The position numbers were made by a program, and so were the translations under genes. Shown piece after piece: positions 22,642-34,200 of a stretch of DNA of 64,000 nt. This stretch comes from Anthoceros angustus. Taxonomy: Eukaryota; Plantae; Anthocerotophyta. The notes under the pieces were generated by a model. The model was not told the origin of the DNA and ran no database searches. It saw nothing but the letters and a program-made list of their open reading frames with translations. Every line of letters begins with the position of its first letter. Within the stretch, counting starts at the first letter, position 1. The stretch spans positions 62,001 to 126,000 of the forward strand of contig MU008153.1 in NCBI GenBank assembly GCA_010909165.1. Reading direction: 5' to 3'.

Positions 22642-24071
22642 TGCACATGTGCATCAAGATCGGAAGCGATAAGATCATCATTATGGCTGGAACATCGGTA
22701 AAAGTGGTACGGTCCAGCGCCTTTGAAACCATGGAAGGCGAGCCGTCATCATAAAAATGGAGGCAAATTTATCGACCTACGAAATAAGTGAATCCACACC
22801 AAAGATGGTCCAAGGAAGGTTCGATTGGAAGGATGCAAAGTGGCGTTCAAGAAGCATTGTTTCATGAAAAATCACTGCGAGCAATGGTCAATTGACGGTA
22901 GCGGTCGAAAAGTTTGTAACCTTTGACATCTTGAGTAGCCCACAAAAATGTGACGAGTGGCTTTGGGATCCAACTTGCTGCAAAGAGTTGAAGGACATGA
23001 GCATAAGCGGTGAACCAAATATTCGCGAATCGTCACTCGTGGCTTGTTTCCGATCCTCTGTTCATAAGGAGTAATTGGCCCCAGTTCCTTTGTGGGTAAG
23101 CGGTTTTGCACATAGTTGGCTTCCATCAAAGCTTCATTAGCCCACGAGTTAGTCCAAAAAAATCAAGGCGAGTGGCCTCCGTAATGTTACATTCTTGGAT
23201 CCTTTCAAGTGAGTTTTGAGCGGTGTATAAGTCGAAATTGATCTTGAATCCTCATAAGCACAAAATGATCGAAGGCCTTGTTGGTATCATCCTCCGTTAT
23301 GCATGCGAAGAATACAAACCTTTACTCTTGTCGTTGACGTCAGAGTGACGTATTGCCGGAAACAGTGACAAGGCTTCACTTTTGTGGCAAAGAGGAAATA
23401 TTGTACACTACCGGCTCCATTCACAACAAAGCGTTATGAGTAATCAGCACCTCCAAAAGGAGCGTGTGGTCAAGGGGCCACATATGTCACTGTGGACCGT
23501 GTGAAGGAGGCCCTCGCCTCGTCGAACTTGTCTTTATAAAAGGTAAAGAGTGAGCCTTGCGACAACGACCGGTGCCAATTTCTCTCCGATTTCCAACTCG
23601 CGGGTAAGACCAGCGCTTGCACCTTTCTTGCCCTTCAAGCCGTCAATCCTCAATGCTTCAAAACCACTCCTTCTTACTCCTCTCTAGCTTGCGCAACTCA
23701 TAGTCTCTAAACATCGACACTCCGCTTATACCACGGTCGCCTCCGACATGCCCCCATCAGAGCTCATAGACGGCCACCAAGAATACGGTTGAGCGGCTCC
23801 TCAGAGCATATCGCCGTTTGCGGCCGACCATAGATCCTAGTGCTCCGGAAGGGATTCCTATTGTTCGAATCCACTTGGGAGCCTCTTGCTAACCTCATGC
23901 CTGCGAGGCCTTCTCCGGCATTATCTGACACGGGATCTCAAGTACCTTGAGGTCAACGAAATGCCTCCCGCCGGCGGGTAATGTAACGGATCCCATTACA
24001 ATATAACGGGCCACCATTAGCATGCACCACACTCGTGTAAAAAATGCTTCAGTTTAAATACGAAGGCAGAG

Positions 24072-27000
24072 TGTGGTAGGGAAAACCCCGGGGCTTCCGA
24101 GATCCTCCCACTATAGCGGCCACACTTATCCCACTGCCGTTGACGCTGGGTTTCATCGTCCCATGAGACTTGTGTGAAAGTTCGAGGCCTTGCGATGACC
24201 GATCGCCACCGCAGACAACTTCTCAGCCTTTCTAAACAAGCAAGGCGCCTCTACTCACCTTCTTACAAGCACCACTTGCATTGCTTGAAAAATCACCAAT
24301 CCTCGACCTACAACGACACAACACAATTGGTGCCCCGCCTTAGCGGCGAGCCTATCACGGCGCCTGGGACCCCCGATCCACACCGCAATTTTGTCCCTAC
24401 TTCTAAGACCATTCTTCTCCACCTGTGAGCCTTTTACTTGGTGATTTGGGATTCGCCCTTAGGCTCGCCTGGCCTTCCGCAACGCCTACACTCTATTCCT
24501 CTCATCTCCTCATCCTCTTCCTCCTATTCTAACCTCGCTGGCCATCGCTCGACTCTTACGACAACCGCCTGGGTCGGCCTCCACCAAAGAAGTTCTTCCT
24601 TGGGCGGTTGCTATGAGTTTGACACCATTCCGAGCACCTGTGGAGTCTTTCCTCAGGATCAACCTCAAGCCGAGAGTTCCTCGGCATTGCCACACACCCA
24701 AAGCAAAGCAATTTCACAAAGAACCATTCACAAGGGAGCAACTCGTTTAGGCACTTGCAGGAGCAAGCCTCCACCAAGCACTCCGACCACCGCGACTTCC
24801 TCTACTCATCTCCTCATCCTCTTCCTCCTATTCTAACCTCGCTGGCTTACTGGCGACCGCCTCACGGCACAACCGCCTGGGTCGGCCTCCACCAAAGAAG
24901 TTCTTCCTTGGGCGGTTGCTATGAGTTTGACACCATGAGAACCTGTGGAGTCTTTCCCGTAGTCTACCCTCAAGCCGAGAGTTCCCGGCATTGCCACACA
25001 CCCAAAGCAAAGCAATTTCAAAGAACCATTCACAAGGGGAGCAACTCGTTTAGGCACTTGCAGGAGCAAGTCCTCCACCAAGCACTCCGACCACCGCGAC
25101 TTCCTCTCTACCAGACGCTGCGTTGGCTCACAGCCGGCACGAAATTCCTTTACAAGAGCAAAGGACTCGGGAGTATGGAAGCGCAAGACATGATACTTTA
25201 CTTTGTGAAATCCTCCTCCTCTTATAGGAGGCCTTCCACATACAACCTCCCTTAGGTGACCCTACTGCAGGTCACCTTTTCCAGTTTTCTATTATTTCCT
25301 ACCGCCAGCATTTAAGGCCTGGCATCTAAACTCGCTGTCTAGTTCAGGGTAAACTCTATTCTAGCAATTTTACCTAGGATCATCTTTAAAGGATGTCAGC
25401 TTGCGTCACCTGTCCTTTCTATTCTTCTATCTAACATTTATGGTCTTTGACCATATCTAGTCCTCACCTGGGGTGTGGACGTCCTTGTGGATTGGCCTCG
25501 CCTCCTTTTGCTCTTGCCCCTTCCCTTGTCATCTTCCTAATGTGTGGGGCAAGTACAATCTTGCCTTCCTCCTTCTCCGGGCGCTCTGATTCCTCCATCA
25601 TCCAAGAATCGCCTCCGGCCAGCGCCTTTTCTCCCGCCTCCGCCGCCTGGTCGCGCCCCGTCCATCAGCACCCTACCGCGGTAGTCTGGCAGACTACCGG
25701 GGTAGGCTGACTACCTACCATGGTAGTCTGACCCTTTTCTCCTTCCTTCTCCGCATCGGTGAGGACTTCCTGGGTCAAGATCTCCATTGCTCTTTGCCTT
25801 CTGTTTGATTTGTCCATACCTACCATAGAGCATCTTCAAAGAGTCTTCATCCCCATTTGCCAAACCATGCGGATCCCTTCTAATCCCTTCGGGCCTTTTT
25901 CATGCTGGGCCCCTCTTCTGGCTCAGGCCCTTCCCTTGCTCGTGGGGGGAGGGAACTTCTCACTCCCCCTTCTTCCTTGACGGGATGATCCTGCCCCTCG
26001 TCTCCTCTCCTGGTGCTTCTCCCACCTCCTCTTCTATTCCTCGGGGTGTGTCACCAGCCCCCGGCCCTTCCTCCTTCTCCGCTCCGATTCCTCCATCATC
26101 CGAATCCGCTCCGGCCAGCGCCTTTTCTCCGCCTCCGCCGCTGGTCGCGCTCATCCATCAAGATTACCATGTAGTCCGGCATTATCGGTAGGTCACACCT
26201 ACCATGGTAGTCCGATCTTTTCTCTCCTCCTCTTGAGGACTTCCTTGGTCAAGATCTCCATTGCTCTTTGCCTTCTGTTTGATTTGTCCATACCTACCAT
26301 AGAGCATCTTCAAAGAGTCTTCATCCCCATTTGCCAAACCATGCGGATCCCCTTTCTAATCCCTTCGGGCCTTTTTCATGCTGGGCCCCTCTTCTGGCTC
26401 AGGCCCTTCCCTTGCTCGTGGGGGGAGGGAACTTCTCACCCCCCTTCTTCCTTGACGGGACGGATCCCGTCCCTGTCCTCCTCCGGTGGGACTGTTTCTC
26501 CCACCTCCTCTTCTATTCCTGCAGGGGTGTCACCAGCCCCGGCCTTCGCAGCCAGCCTCCGCTGCCCGACTCCCAGCAAGCCCCATGCTCATGCTGTTGC
26601 TCACCCCTAGTCCGCGACTCACCGAGGAGTTGCACCACGTAGTCCGGGCATCACTGCGGGTAGGGTGGTCACCATGGTAGGGTGACCGGGAGGCGGGTCC
26701 CCTCCTTGCCCCTCACGCCATCCTTCGCCTCCGCACCGCCTGCCTCTCCTCCTCCTCCGACTCCCTGACCCTGAGTCCATGTCACTTGTAGCCTCGTCAA
26801 AGTCTGAGGCTTCCAGCTGCACTTGCTGCAGCTCCTTCCGGTCATCATCATGAGGACCTATTGTCCTCCTCTTGGCCAACCGTAAGACTTCGTTGTTGGC
26901 CTTCAAAATCCTGTTGTGGAGGTGAGCCCCCAAGTTATGATACTGCATTTGGAGATCATCAATCTCCGTGGGCCACTCTCCATCCTCACACCTACCTTTG

Positions 27001-27085
27001 TAGGCATCTCTTGAGGTGATCAATTCTCCCACCTTGACATGGAGGGATACATTCTCCTCCTCACTTTTAGCCGGTTGGCCATCTT
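24072..27085. mobile_element. Unrelated LTR-element-like insertion interrupting the first chromovirus LTR
   Basis: Begins TGTGGTAGGG; ...CACA at 24325 followed by at-TGGTGCCCCG (PBS-like); internal ~305-bp (24500-25110) and ~475-bp (25570-26545) duplications; low-complexity charged ORFs on the - strand. Confidence 0.45.
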
Positions 27086-28169
27086 TGTAGAAAGAACAAC
27101 ACACACAAACAACCAAGGCAAGTTCCACGACATCAAATGTTGCCATCTCAAGTTTTGTAGCGAGGTAGTGGGCGTAGTTGATGGAGAATCGCCCATGACT
27201 AGGCGTGTCGAAGATTCCCTTTGGTGTTTCTTGCATGTGTTTTCAAGCGCTCGTTTGGAGTGTGAAGTTATCGTGCAATTATGGATCGAATCGGTCCATG
27301 TGCTGATTTTGATCCCCAAGTGGTCCAGGCGCCCCCTTTGAAACCATGGAAGACGAGCCGTCATCATAAAAAATGGAGGCAAATTTATCACCAAATAAGT
27401 GAATCCACACCAAAGATGGTCCAAGGAAGGTTCGGTTGGAAGGACGGTGCAAAGTGGCGTTCAAGAAGCATTGTTTCATGAAAAATCACGAGCAATGGTC
27501 AATTGACGTAGCAGTGGTCGAAAAGTTTGTAACCTTTGACATCTTGAGTAGCCCACAAAAATGTGACGAGTGGCTTTGGGATCCAACTTGCTGCAAAGAG
27601 TTGAAGGACATGAGCATAAGCAGTGAACCAAATATTAGCGGATCGTCACTCGTGGCTTGTTTCGATCCTCTGTTCATAAGGAGTAATTGGCCCCAGTTCC
27701 TTTGTGGGTAAACGGTTTTGCACATAGTTGGCTTCCATCAAAGCTTCAGAGTACGAGTTAGTCCAAAGAAAATCAAGGAGTGGATATGTTACATTCTTCG
27801 GATCCTTTCAAGTGAGTTTTGAGCAGTGTATAAGGTACGATGAAATTGATCTTGAATCCTCATAAGCACAAAATGATGCGAAGGCCTTGTTGGTATCATC
27901 CTCCGTTGCATGCGAAGAATACAAACCTTTACTCTTGTCGGCGTTGAGGTGTGACATATTGCTGGAAGCAGGACAAGGCTTCACTTTTGTGGCAAAGAGG
28001 AAATATTGTACACTCTGGCTCCATTCGTCAACAAAGCGTTATGAGTAATCAGACCTCCAAAGGAGGCGTGTGGTCAAGGGGCCACATATGTCGTGTGGAC
28101 CGTGTGAAGGAGGCCCTCCGCCTCGTCGAGAACTTGTCTTTATAAAAGGTAAAGAGTGAGCCTTCGACA

Positions 28170-28589
28170 ACGGTGCCAATTTCTCTCCGATTTCCAACTC
28201 ATGGTAAGACCAGCGCTTGCACCTTTCTTGCCCTTCAAGCCGTCAATCCTCAATGCTTCAAAACCACTCCTTCTTACTCCTCCTCCTGGCTTGCGCAACT
28301 CATAGTCTCTAAACATCGCCTTGCTCCGCTTATACCACTGCCTCCGGACATGCCTTTGGCTCATACTCATGAGCGGCCACCAAGAATACGGTTGAGCAGC
28401 TCCTCCGACATGGCACCGTTTGCGGCCGACCATAGATCCTAGTGCTCCGGAAGGGATTCCTATTGTTCGAATCCACTTGGGAGCCTCTTGCTAACCTCAT
28501 GCACTGCAGGGCCCTTCTCCGGCATTATCTACGGGCACAGGATCTCAAGTACCTTCGAGGTCAACGAAATGCCTCCCGCCGGCGGGTAA
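28170..28589 (+). mobile_element. Chromovirus (Ty3/Gypsy) integrase C-terminus: degenerate GPY/F region, chromodomain and PPT; also ending at 23981, 35529, 36148, 38434, 45639, 51832, 59775
   Basis: Cross-copy reading FLALQAVNPQCFK...TSLL.Y..PPSELIDGHEEYEVEQLLRHRTVCGRP*ILVLRKGF..FESTWEPLANLMHCRALLRHY, then cttgaggtcaac..ggtgggtaa directly before TGTAAC. Confidence 0.8.
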
Positions 28590-29234
28590 TGTAACGGATC
28601 CCATTACAATATAACGGGCCACCATTAGCATGCACCACACTCGTGTAACAATGCTTCGGTTAAATCTGAGGCGGTCGGAGGAAGGCCTCGATTTCCATGT
28701 CAAAGCTCTATCATATAATTCGTGACATTGGCCCATAACATGCATGCATTCATCCTCACCTCATCCTACCATGGTCCAAGGAACTTCCCACCAAGACCCC
28801 AAAACCAAGGACTTCCTACTTACGAGTAGCTATGACCAAAATCCAAGGACACTCCTCCCTTGGGTCTCGGCGTCCATAGCTTCCAATGCCCACTATATAT
28901 GCTAAATACGTCGGCATGAAATATTCAATCCTACCTACTCTCCTACGACCTAGTCTAAAATGGCTTCCAACCGCCTACCAGGAATTTGAAAATCTCGGTG
29001 ACAACCCTCTACGGACTTCCTACACGTCATCCTGGACCTCCTACTAGGCGCGTTTGAGACGCTATCCTACTACCCCGGACCCTCGTCCTACCGTAAATCT
29101 AACCTATTTTCTACTTGGGTAAATCCTAAAAATCAGCGAATTCACAAAAGGAGTTTCTTAGCATAACCTTCTACAACTTTTACGTTTCTTTCTCCATTTT
29201 CTCAAAAATGAAGTTGCCCAAACTTTTGCGTTCC
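28590..29234 (+). mobile_element. Chromovirus 3' LTR (~645 bp); full copies also at 36149-36797, 38435-39086, 45640-46287, 51833-52481, 59776-60418
   Basis: Follows the PPT, termini TGTAACG...CGTTCCA (terminal A absent in this copy), internal CCAAT (28883) and TATATAT (28894). Confidence 0.75.
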
Positions 29235-29242
29235 TGATTGAT

Positions 29243-30051
29243 ATGGAGATGCGACTTGCGCGACGTGGGTGTCCGAGCTCAAATGAGCCGGACCATACAA
29301 AGATAAAGACACACCAAGTGGGTTAGTATGGGTCCATGGCGAGGACACACTTGAAGAGAGCATCCGTGGGGTGATACCCAAGCTAGTGAACGTGGTGGCA
29401 ACCACCAACCTTCACGCAAAATTCGACTTGCATCATTTGGCTCTGCACCTTCCTAATGTGGAGTATCGTGCTGAGCAAAACGGTCGAGCTATGGCAACGG
29501 TGAGGGTCCAAATTTGCGGGTCCTCGGGGCCTTGCCTAACATTATACATATTCAGCGTAGGAATTGTGAACGTGCTAGGAGCAGCGTCGCGTCAGCAACA
29601 ACATCGTGTTTGCAAGAAGCTGGTCGCGATGGTTAACACGTTGGGGTACAATGCACATTTTGATCCTAACGACTTGGGTTTTGCAACCTTGTCTTTGGAT
29701 CTTTGAACTACTTAAAGATGAAATGCTTGCAAGCGCATCGATTTGGCGCTTCACGCAACCCTAAGCGAAAATATGAGGGCCTCAAGTTGAAACAGTTGCA
29801 CCTCGACCCGTCGGAATTGAGAGGTTGTTATGCTGGTAATGAAGTTTGAAGACAACAACTTGGGCATGAGTATCTTCCGTTCGGGGCGCCTCACATCTCG
29901 GAGGAAGCACTATTGCACGATCATACAAAGCTTTTGAGCATTGTATCCCATTGTAGTGGCACATAAGAGAACAATGCCCGAGCCTAAGGCGGTGCGAGCA
30001 ATTCGAGGTCGATCGATAGTAGTTCGATACACTAGGAAACTACTTCCATGA
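29243..30051 (+). CDS. Divergent intronless TATA-binding-protein-like gene, copy 1 (frameshifted as assembled)
   Basis: Repeat 1: PKLVNVVATTNLHAKFDLHHLALHLPNVEY...LYIFSVGIVNVLGAASRQQQHRVCKKLVAMVNTLGYNAHF. Repeat 2 (cross-copy): CNLV..AIDLA..LDPSELRGF..LVMKFEDNNLGMSIFRSGRLHISGGSTIA.SYKAFEQLYPIV. Both align by eye to the two TBP halves. Start at 29243 or 29283. Confidence 0.8.
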
Positions 30052-30142
30052 GCGAATTAAATCAAATGTGATAGAGTATAGTTTGGGTTTGGTCAATTTT
30101 ATTAGTTCGAGAATTCAAAAATGTGAAAACATTAAAAAATCG

Positions 30143-31040
30143 ATGTTCTCACTTGCATTCATTGGAGGGGAGTTGGGGAAAGCAACATGCTCTCAACTTC
30201 CAGCTTCAGTCGCCTTTTCCTCCTCTCACATTCACGGCCAACACCAAAGGTAGTCTCCAAAATGCCCAAAACCCGGACTAACGGGGTTTGCAAGTACATG
30301 CAAAACACACAGTGCAGTTAGTGCAAGGTGATGACAAACCGGTGGACTTGCTGCGGAAGGAGCTTTGCTTTCATGGAGAAGGCATGGTTTATGTCAAAGG
30401 CTTGCTAGGGAGGTCGATATGCATGACATCCTCTTACGGCACCAAAAGTGCCCATCATTGTATTTCTGTCGACGTACCACTTGGAGAGCCTCCTTAGAGG
30501 GATGGTGTGAACTACATAAAATCATTATTTGCCGTCCATCTGCAGCATCGAAGAGCTATTGGTAGCCATGGCCGGGGACCTCTTTCGGCTAATGCCTATG
30601 ATTTATGAGTTGCACGGGATATGACCTTGTCACCGCCGCCTTCAAACTCATATGGAATGTTGGACCTGGTTGTTGCAATGACAAGACAAGGCGAGATGGG
30701 GGCAAAAGCGTTGGTGACTTTAAGATGGAGGTGAGCAATTCGTGACTACGAATATGTCTTGAAATCGTGGTGGCGGAGACATTTGAATGGCTGTATTTGC
30801 CATGATCCTTGGTAGTTAGTGAGAATCTTGTAAGGCTTGAGCGCACGGCCGTTCGGGACTTCACGGACTCAACATGGACTTCAAATGTTATGAAGGGGCT
30901 AGCGTTGCCCAATTGGCTATGCTTTGATCTATGGCACCTTGATTGGTAAGCCATATGGTGGGGCTTATCATGTGATTGGTAAGCGGTCGACTTTAATGAA
31001 ACTCATATGGTAGCTTTCATTAGGCTACAAGCCTTGTTCT
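30143..31040 (+). pseudogene. Unknown intronless ORF (~300 codons by cross-copy reading) with a partial Nudix-like motif, cut by the Copia LTR; copies at ~39952-40911, 47355-48257, 53368-54292, 61306-62229, partial at 37983 and 41475
   Basis: Overlapping ORF pieces from different copies chain together: MFSLAFIGGELGKAT..KVVSKMPK..VDLLRKELCFHGEGMVYVKGLL..KVPIIVFL..LEGWCELHKIIICRP..YALIYGTLIGKPYGGAYHVIGGRVDFNETHMVAFIR; at least one stop appears shared. Confidence 0.45.
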
Positions 31041-31235
31041 TGTCGGTGGAATCAAGCGGGGAAGCACACAAGGCGGAAGATACATTCATTCAATTACTCA
31101 AGAAGAGAACAATGGAGTTTATGTACAGCAAGTGAGATAACTAACTAAAATTGTTTTGATAACTATCCGAACTACGAGCGGATATAAGCGGTAAGTAGAT
31201 CGACTACTAGACCAATAATTTTTACACTCCCTCTT
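31041..31235 (-). mobile_element. Copia PPT and short 3' LTR (~186 bp)
   Basis: Minus strand AAGAGGGAG (31227-31235, read as LRGSV) then TGTAAAAATT...GATTCCACCGACA; the far end is approximate. Confidence 0.7.
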
Positions 31236-34200
31236 AGTGAGTCATAGGGATCAAAATCAGCGCATGGGTGATTTGATCCATAATTGCACGATAACTTCAC
31301 ACTCCAAGCAGCGCTTGAAAACACATGCATAAGAAACACCAAAGGGAATCTTTCGGACACGCCTAGTCATGGGCGTACTCCTCCATCAACTCGCTCCACT
31401 ACCTCTGCTACAAAACTTGAGATGGCAACATTTGATGTCGTGGAACTTGCCTTGGTTGTTCTTGTTGTGTTGGCTCACATCTTCATCGATCGTGTGCTTA
31501 GGTTTGCAAGACAAGATCCCACTTGATGAGTAGATGGATGGACGGCTAGGCTGGTGAGCAACTCCTTAGAGTCTGCAGCTAGAATATCAATGGCCCCTCT
31601 GACTAGAGTGTGCTTTCATGTAGTACCCTAGGAGCTTTATATTGGGCCGGGCTATAGGTGCAAATCTTTCAAGAAACTACGAACCCAAAACTCCTTAGGT
31701 GCACAGTCATTGCCCCATATGCGCTTCAGTTGAAGATAGGCATTTGGTGCTCGACTCTTTGATGACCACGAAGCAGAGTCATCCCAAGAAACATACAATA
31801 GGCAGGCGGTGCTCGACTTCTTTGATGACCACGAAGCAGTCATCCCAAGAAACATACAATAAGCGTACACTCTTCCTTGTCCACAGGGTCTCTTGCCCAG
31901 TCAGCATGGCAGTAGGCTGTGAGTTGGAGATCACCAAGAGTCTTACCGAAACGGAGTCCTTTCCTTGGAGAGCCCTTCAAGTATCTAAAGATTAACTTCT
32001 CTGCTGGCCAATGGGCAAGCCTTGGGTTTTCTAGAAATTGGCTAAAAGTACCAACGGCTCTGGTGATATCTAATCTAGTCTAGTTTGACAAGTAAATGAG
32101 GGACCCCACTGTCTATATGGTTTAGAAGCCATTTCCAGCTTTTCACAGTACTAAGACACCGCTCAAGGGGTAGCTTGTCATCTATACTCATTGGCATTGA
32201 TACGGACGGGCGTCTACCACATTAAACCTTCGCAAAAGCTGGTGCAAAGTGTGCGATGAATGTCAATGGTCTTATCTTTGCTATTAAAATGGAACTAGCC
32301 ACGAGGAAAAGGTAAGTTGCCTAGGTCATTCATCTCAAATCAAACTTGGTAAGTAAGATCTTCTTAATCCACATCCATCGTTCTGAGGTACTAAGCAGGA
32401 TGTTGTCATCCACATAAACAGCCGATTAGAAAGTCTACTCCTTCACTTATTAAGTACCAAAATCAACGTCCATACAAATGAAGCCTACCTCTATAAGGAG
32501 TTGATGGAATACCTCATTCCGTGCTCTCAAGGATCGCTTGAGGCCATAACGTGTTTTAAGCAACTTACACACTTTGTCCTCATCAACAATGAAGCCCTCG
32601 AGTTGACACATAAAAATCTCCCCTCTAGCAGGCCATTCGGAAAAGTGGTCTTCACATCCGGTTGATGCACTAGTAGGTTGTAGTGGGCGATTAGTGCAAG
32701 GAGGATTCGGAGAGAATTGGATTTGACAACGGTGAAAAGGTTTCATAGTCTAGACCACCGGACTTGGTTGTAGCCCTTGGTAACAAGGCGTGCCTTATGT
32801 CGACCACCGGTCGTCGATGTTAGCTTCTTCTTGAAGACCCTCTTGCATGCTATTGGCTTCCTTCTAGAAGGTAAGGTGACAAGTTTCTAATTTGTTATTC
32901 GAATGAGGGAATTGTATTCGAATCTATTGCTACTTTCCAAAGGAAGATTCGAGGTCCCTCTATGGCTTCCTTGTAGCGGGTTCTCCTAAGGACCTGCAAC
33001 ACTCAAAGCTCTGTCTTGGGATAATCGAGTAGTCACAGTACCTATGAAGTCACCTTGCCACTTCCATTGATGGATAGGTCTACATGCCTCTCGGCAACTC
33101 GAGTGGATGAGGTTGAAGAGGGGATCGTCTTCTATGGGTCCAATGACCATTGGTTTTGGCTTTGGCTTTGGCTTTGGCTTTGGCTTTGGCTTTGGCTGAA
33201 GCCGCACATGTGCATCAAGATCGAAGCGTAAGATCATCATTATGGCTGGAACATCGGTAAAAGTGTGCAATTGGTCCGAGTGCCCCTTTGAAACCATGGA
33301 AGGCAGCCAGTCATCATAAAAATGGAGGCAAATTTATCAGCCTCCGAAATAAGTGAATCCACACGAAAGATGGTCCAAGGGGAAGGTTCAGCAGTTGGAA
33401 GGACAGCTGCAAAGTGGCGTTCAAGAAGCATTGTTTCATGAAAAATCACGCTGCGAGCAATGGTCAATTGACAGGTTGCAGGGTCGAAAAGTTTGTAACC
33501 TTTGACATCTTGAGTAGCCCACAAAAATGTGACGAGTGGCTTTGGGATCCAACTTCTTAAAGAGTTGAAGGGACATGAGCATAAGCGGTGAACCAAATAT
33601 TCGCAGATCGTCACTCGTGGCTTGTTTCGATCCTACATTCATAAGGAGTAATTGGCCCCAGTTCCTTTGTGGGTAAGCGGTTTTGCACATAGTTGGCTTC
33701 CATCAAAGCTTCTTGAGTAGAGTTAGTCCGGCAAAATCAAGGCGAGAGTGGCCTCCCGTAATGTTACATTCTTGGATCCTTTCGCAAGTGAGTTTTGAGC
33801 GGTGTATAAGATGCAATTAAATTGATCTTGAATCCTCATAAGCACAAAAATGATGCGAAGGCCTTGTTGGTATCACGTCTCCGCTGTATGCGAAGAATAC
33901 AAACCTTTACTCTTGTCGGCGTTGGTACTGGTGACGTATTGCTGGAAACAGGACAAGGCTTCACTTTTGTGGCAAAGAGGAAATATTGTACACTACTGGC
34001 TCCATTCAACAAAGCGTTATGAAGTAATCGGCACCTCAAAGGAGCGTGGTCAAGGGGCCACATATGTCAGACGTGGACAGGTGAGAGCCCTCTCGGCAAC
34101 GCAACTCGAGTGGATGAGGTTGAAGAGGGGATCGTCTTCTATGGGTCCAATGACCATTGGTTTTGGCTTTGGCTTTGGCTTTGGCTTTGGCTTTGGCTTT

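Larger units (their letters stand above)
20818..23565 (-). mobile_element. Ty1/Copia pol fragment (integrase core, (PK)n linker, RT, RNase H), 5'-truncated with no gag or protease; repeated at ~19112-20545, 27318-28165, 31227-35110, 42338-45225, 48444-51440, 54481-59375, 62421-64000
   Basis: KAHSLPF..DICGPL, EANYVQNRLPTK, KLDPKA, YKARLVTKGYNQVRGLDYNETFSP, HQLDVKTTFLNG, LAVYVDN, FRYLKGS, SWSSKK; INT-before-RT order identifies Copia. Confidence 0.9.

Noticed and set aside
28729-28745. Minus-strand CA-TGTTATGGGCC as a half-tRNA-iMet PBS, implying a 2.5-kb Copia LTR that contains the TBP gene
   Set aside because: The match is imperfect and lies inside the plus-strand chromovirus LTR; the adjacent sequence is chromodomain in the opposite orientation, not Copia gag.
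30150-30190. FIGGELGKAT as a Walker A motif in the second cassette ORF
   Set aside because: Spacing is one residue short of GxxxxGK[ST] and falls in error-prone G homopolymers.
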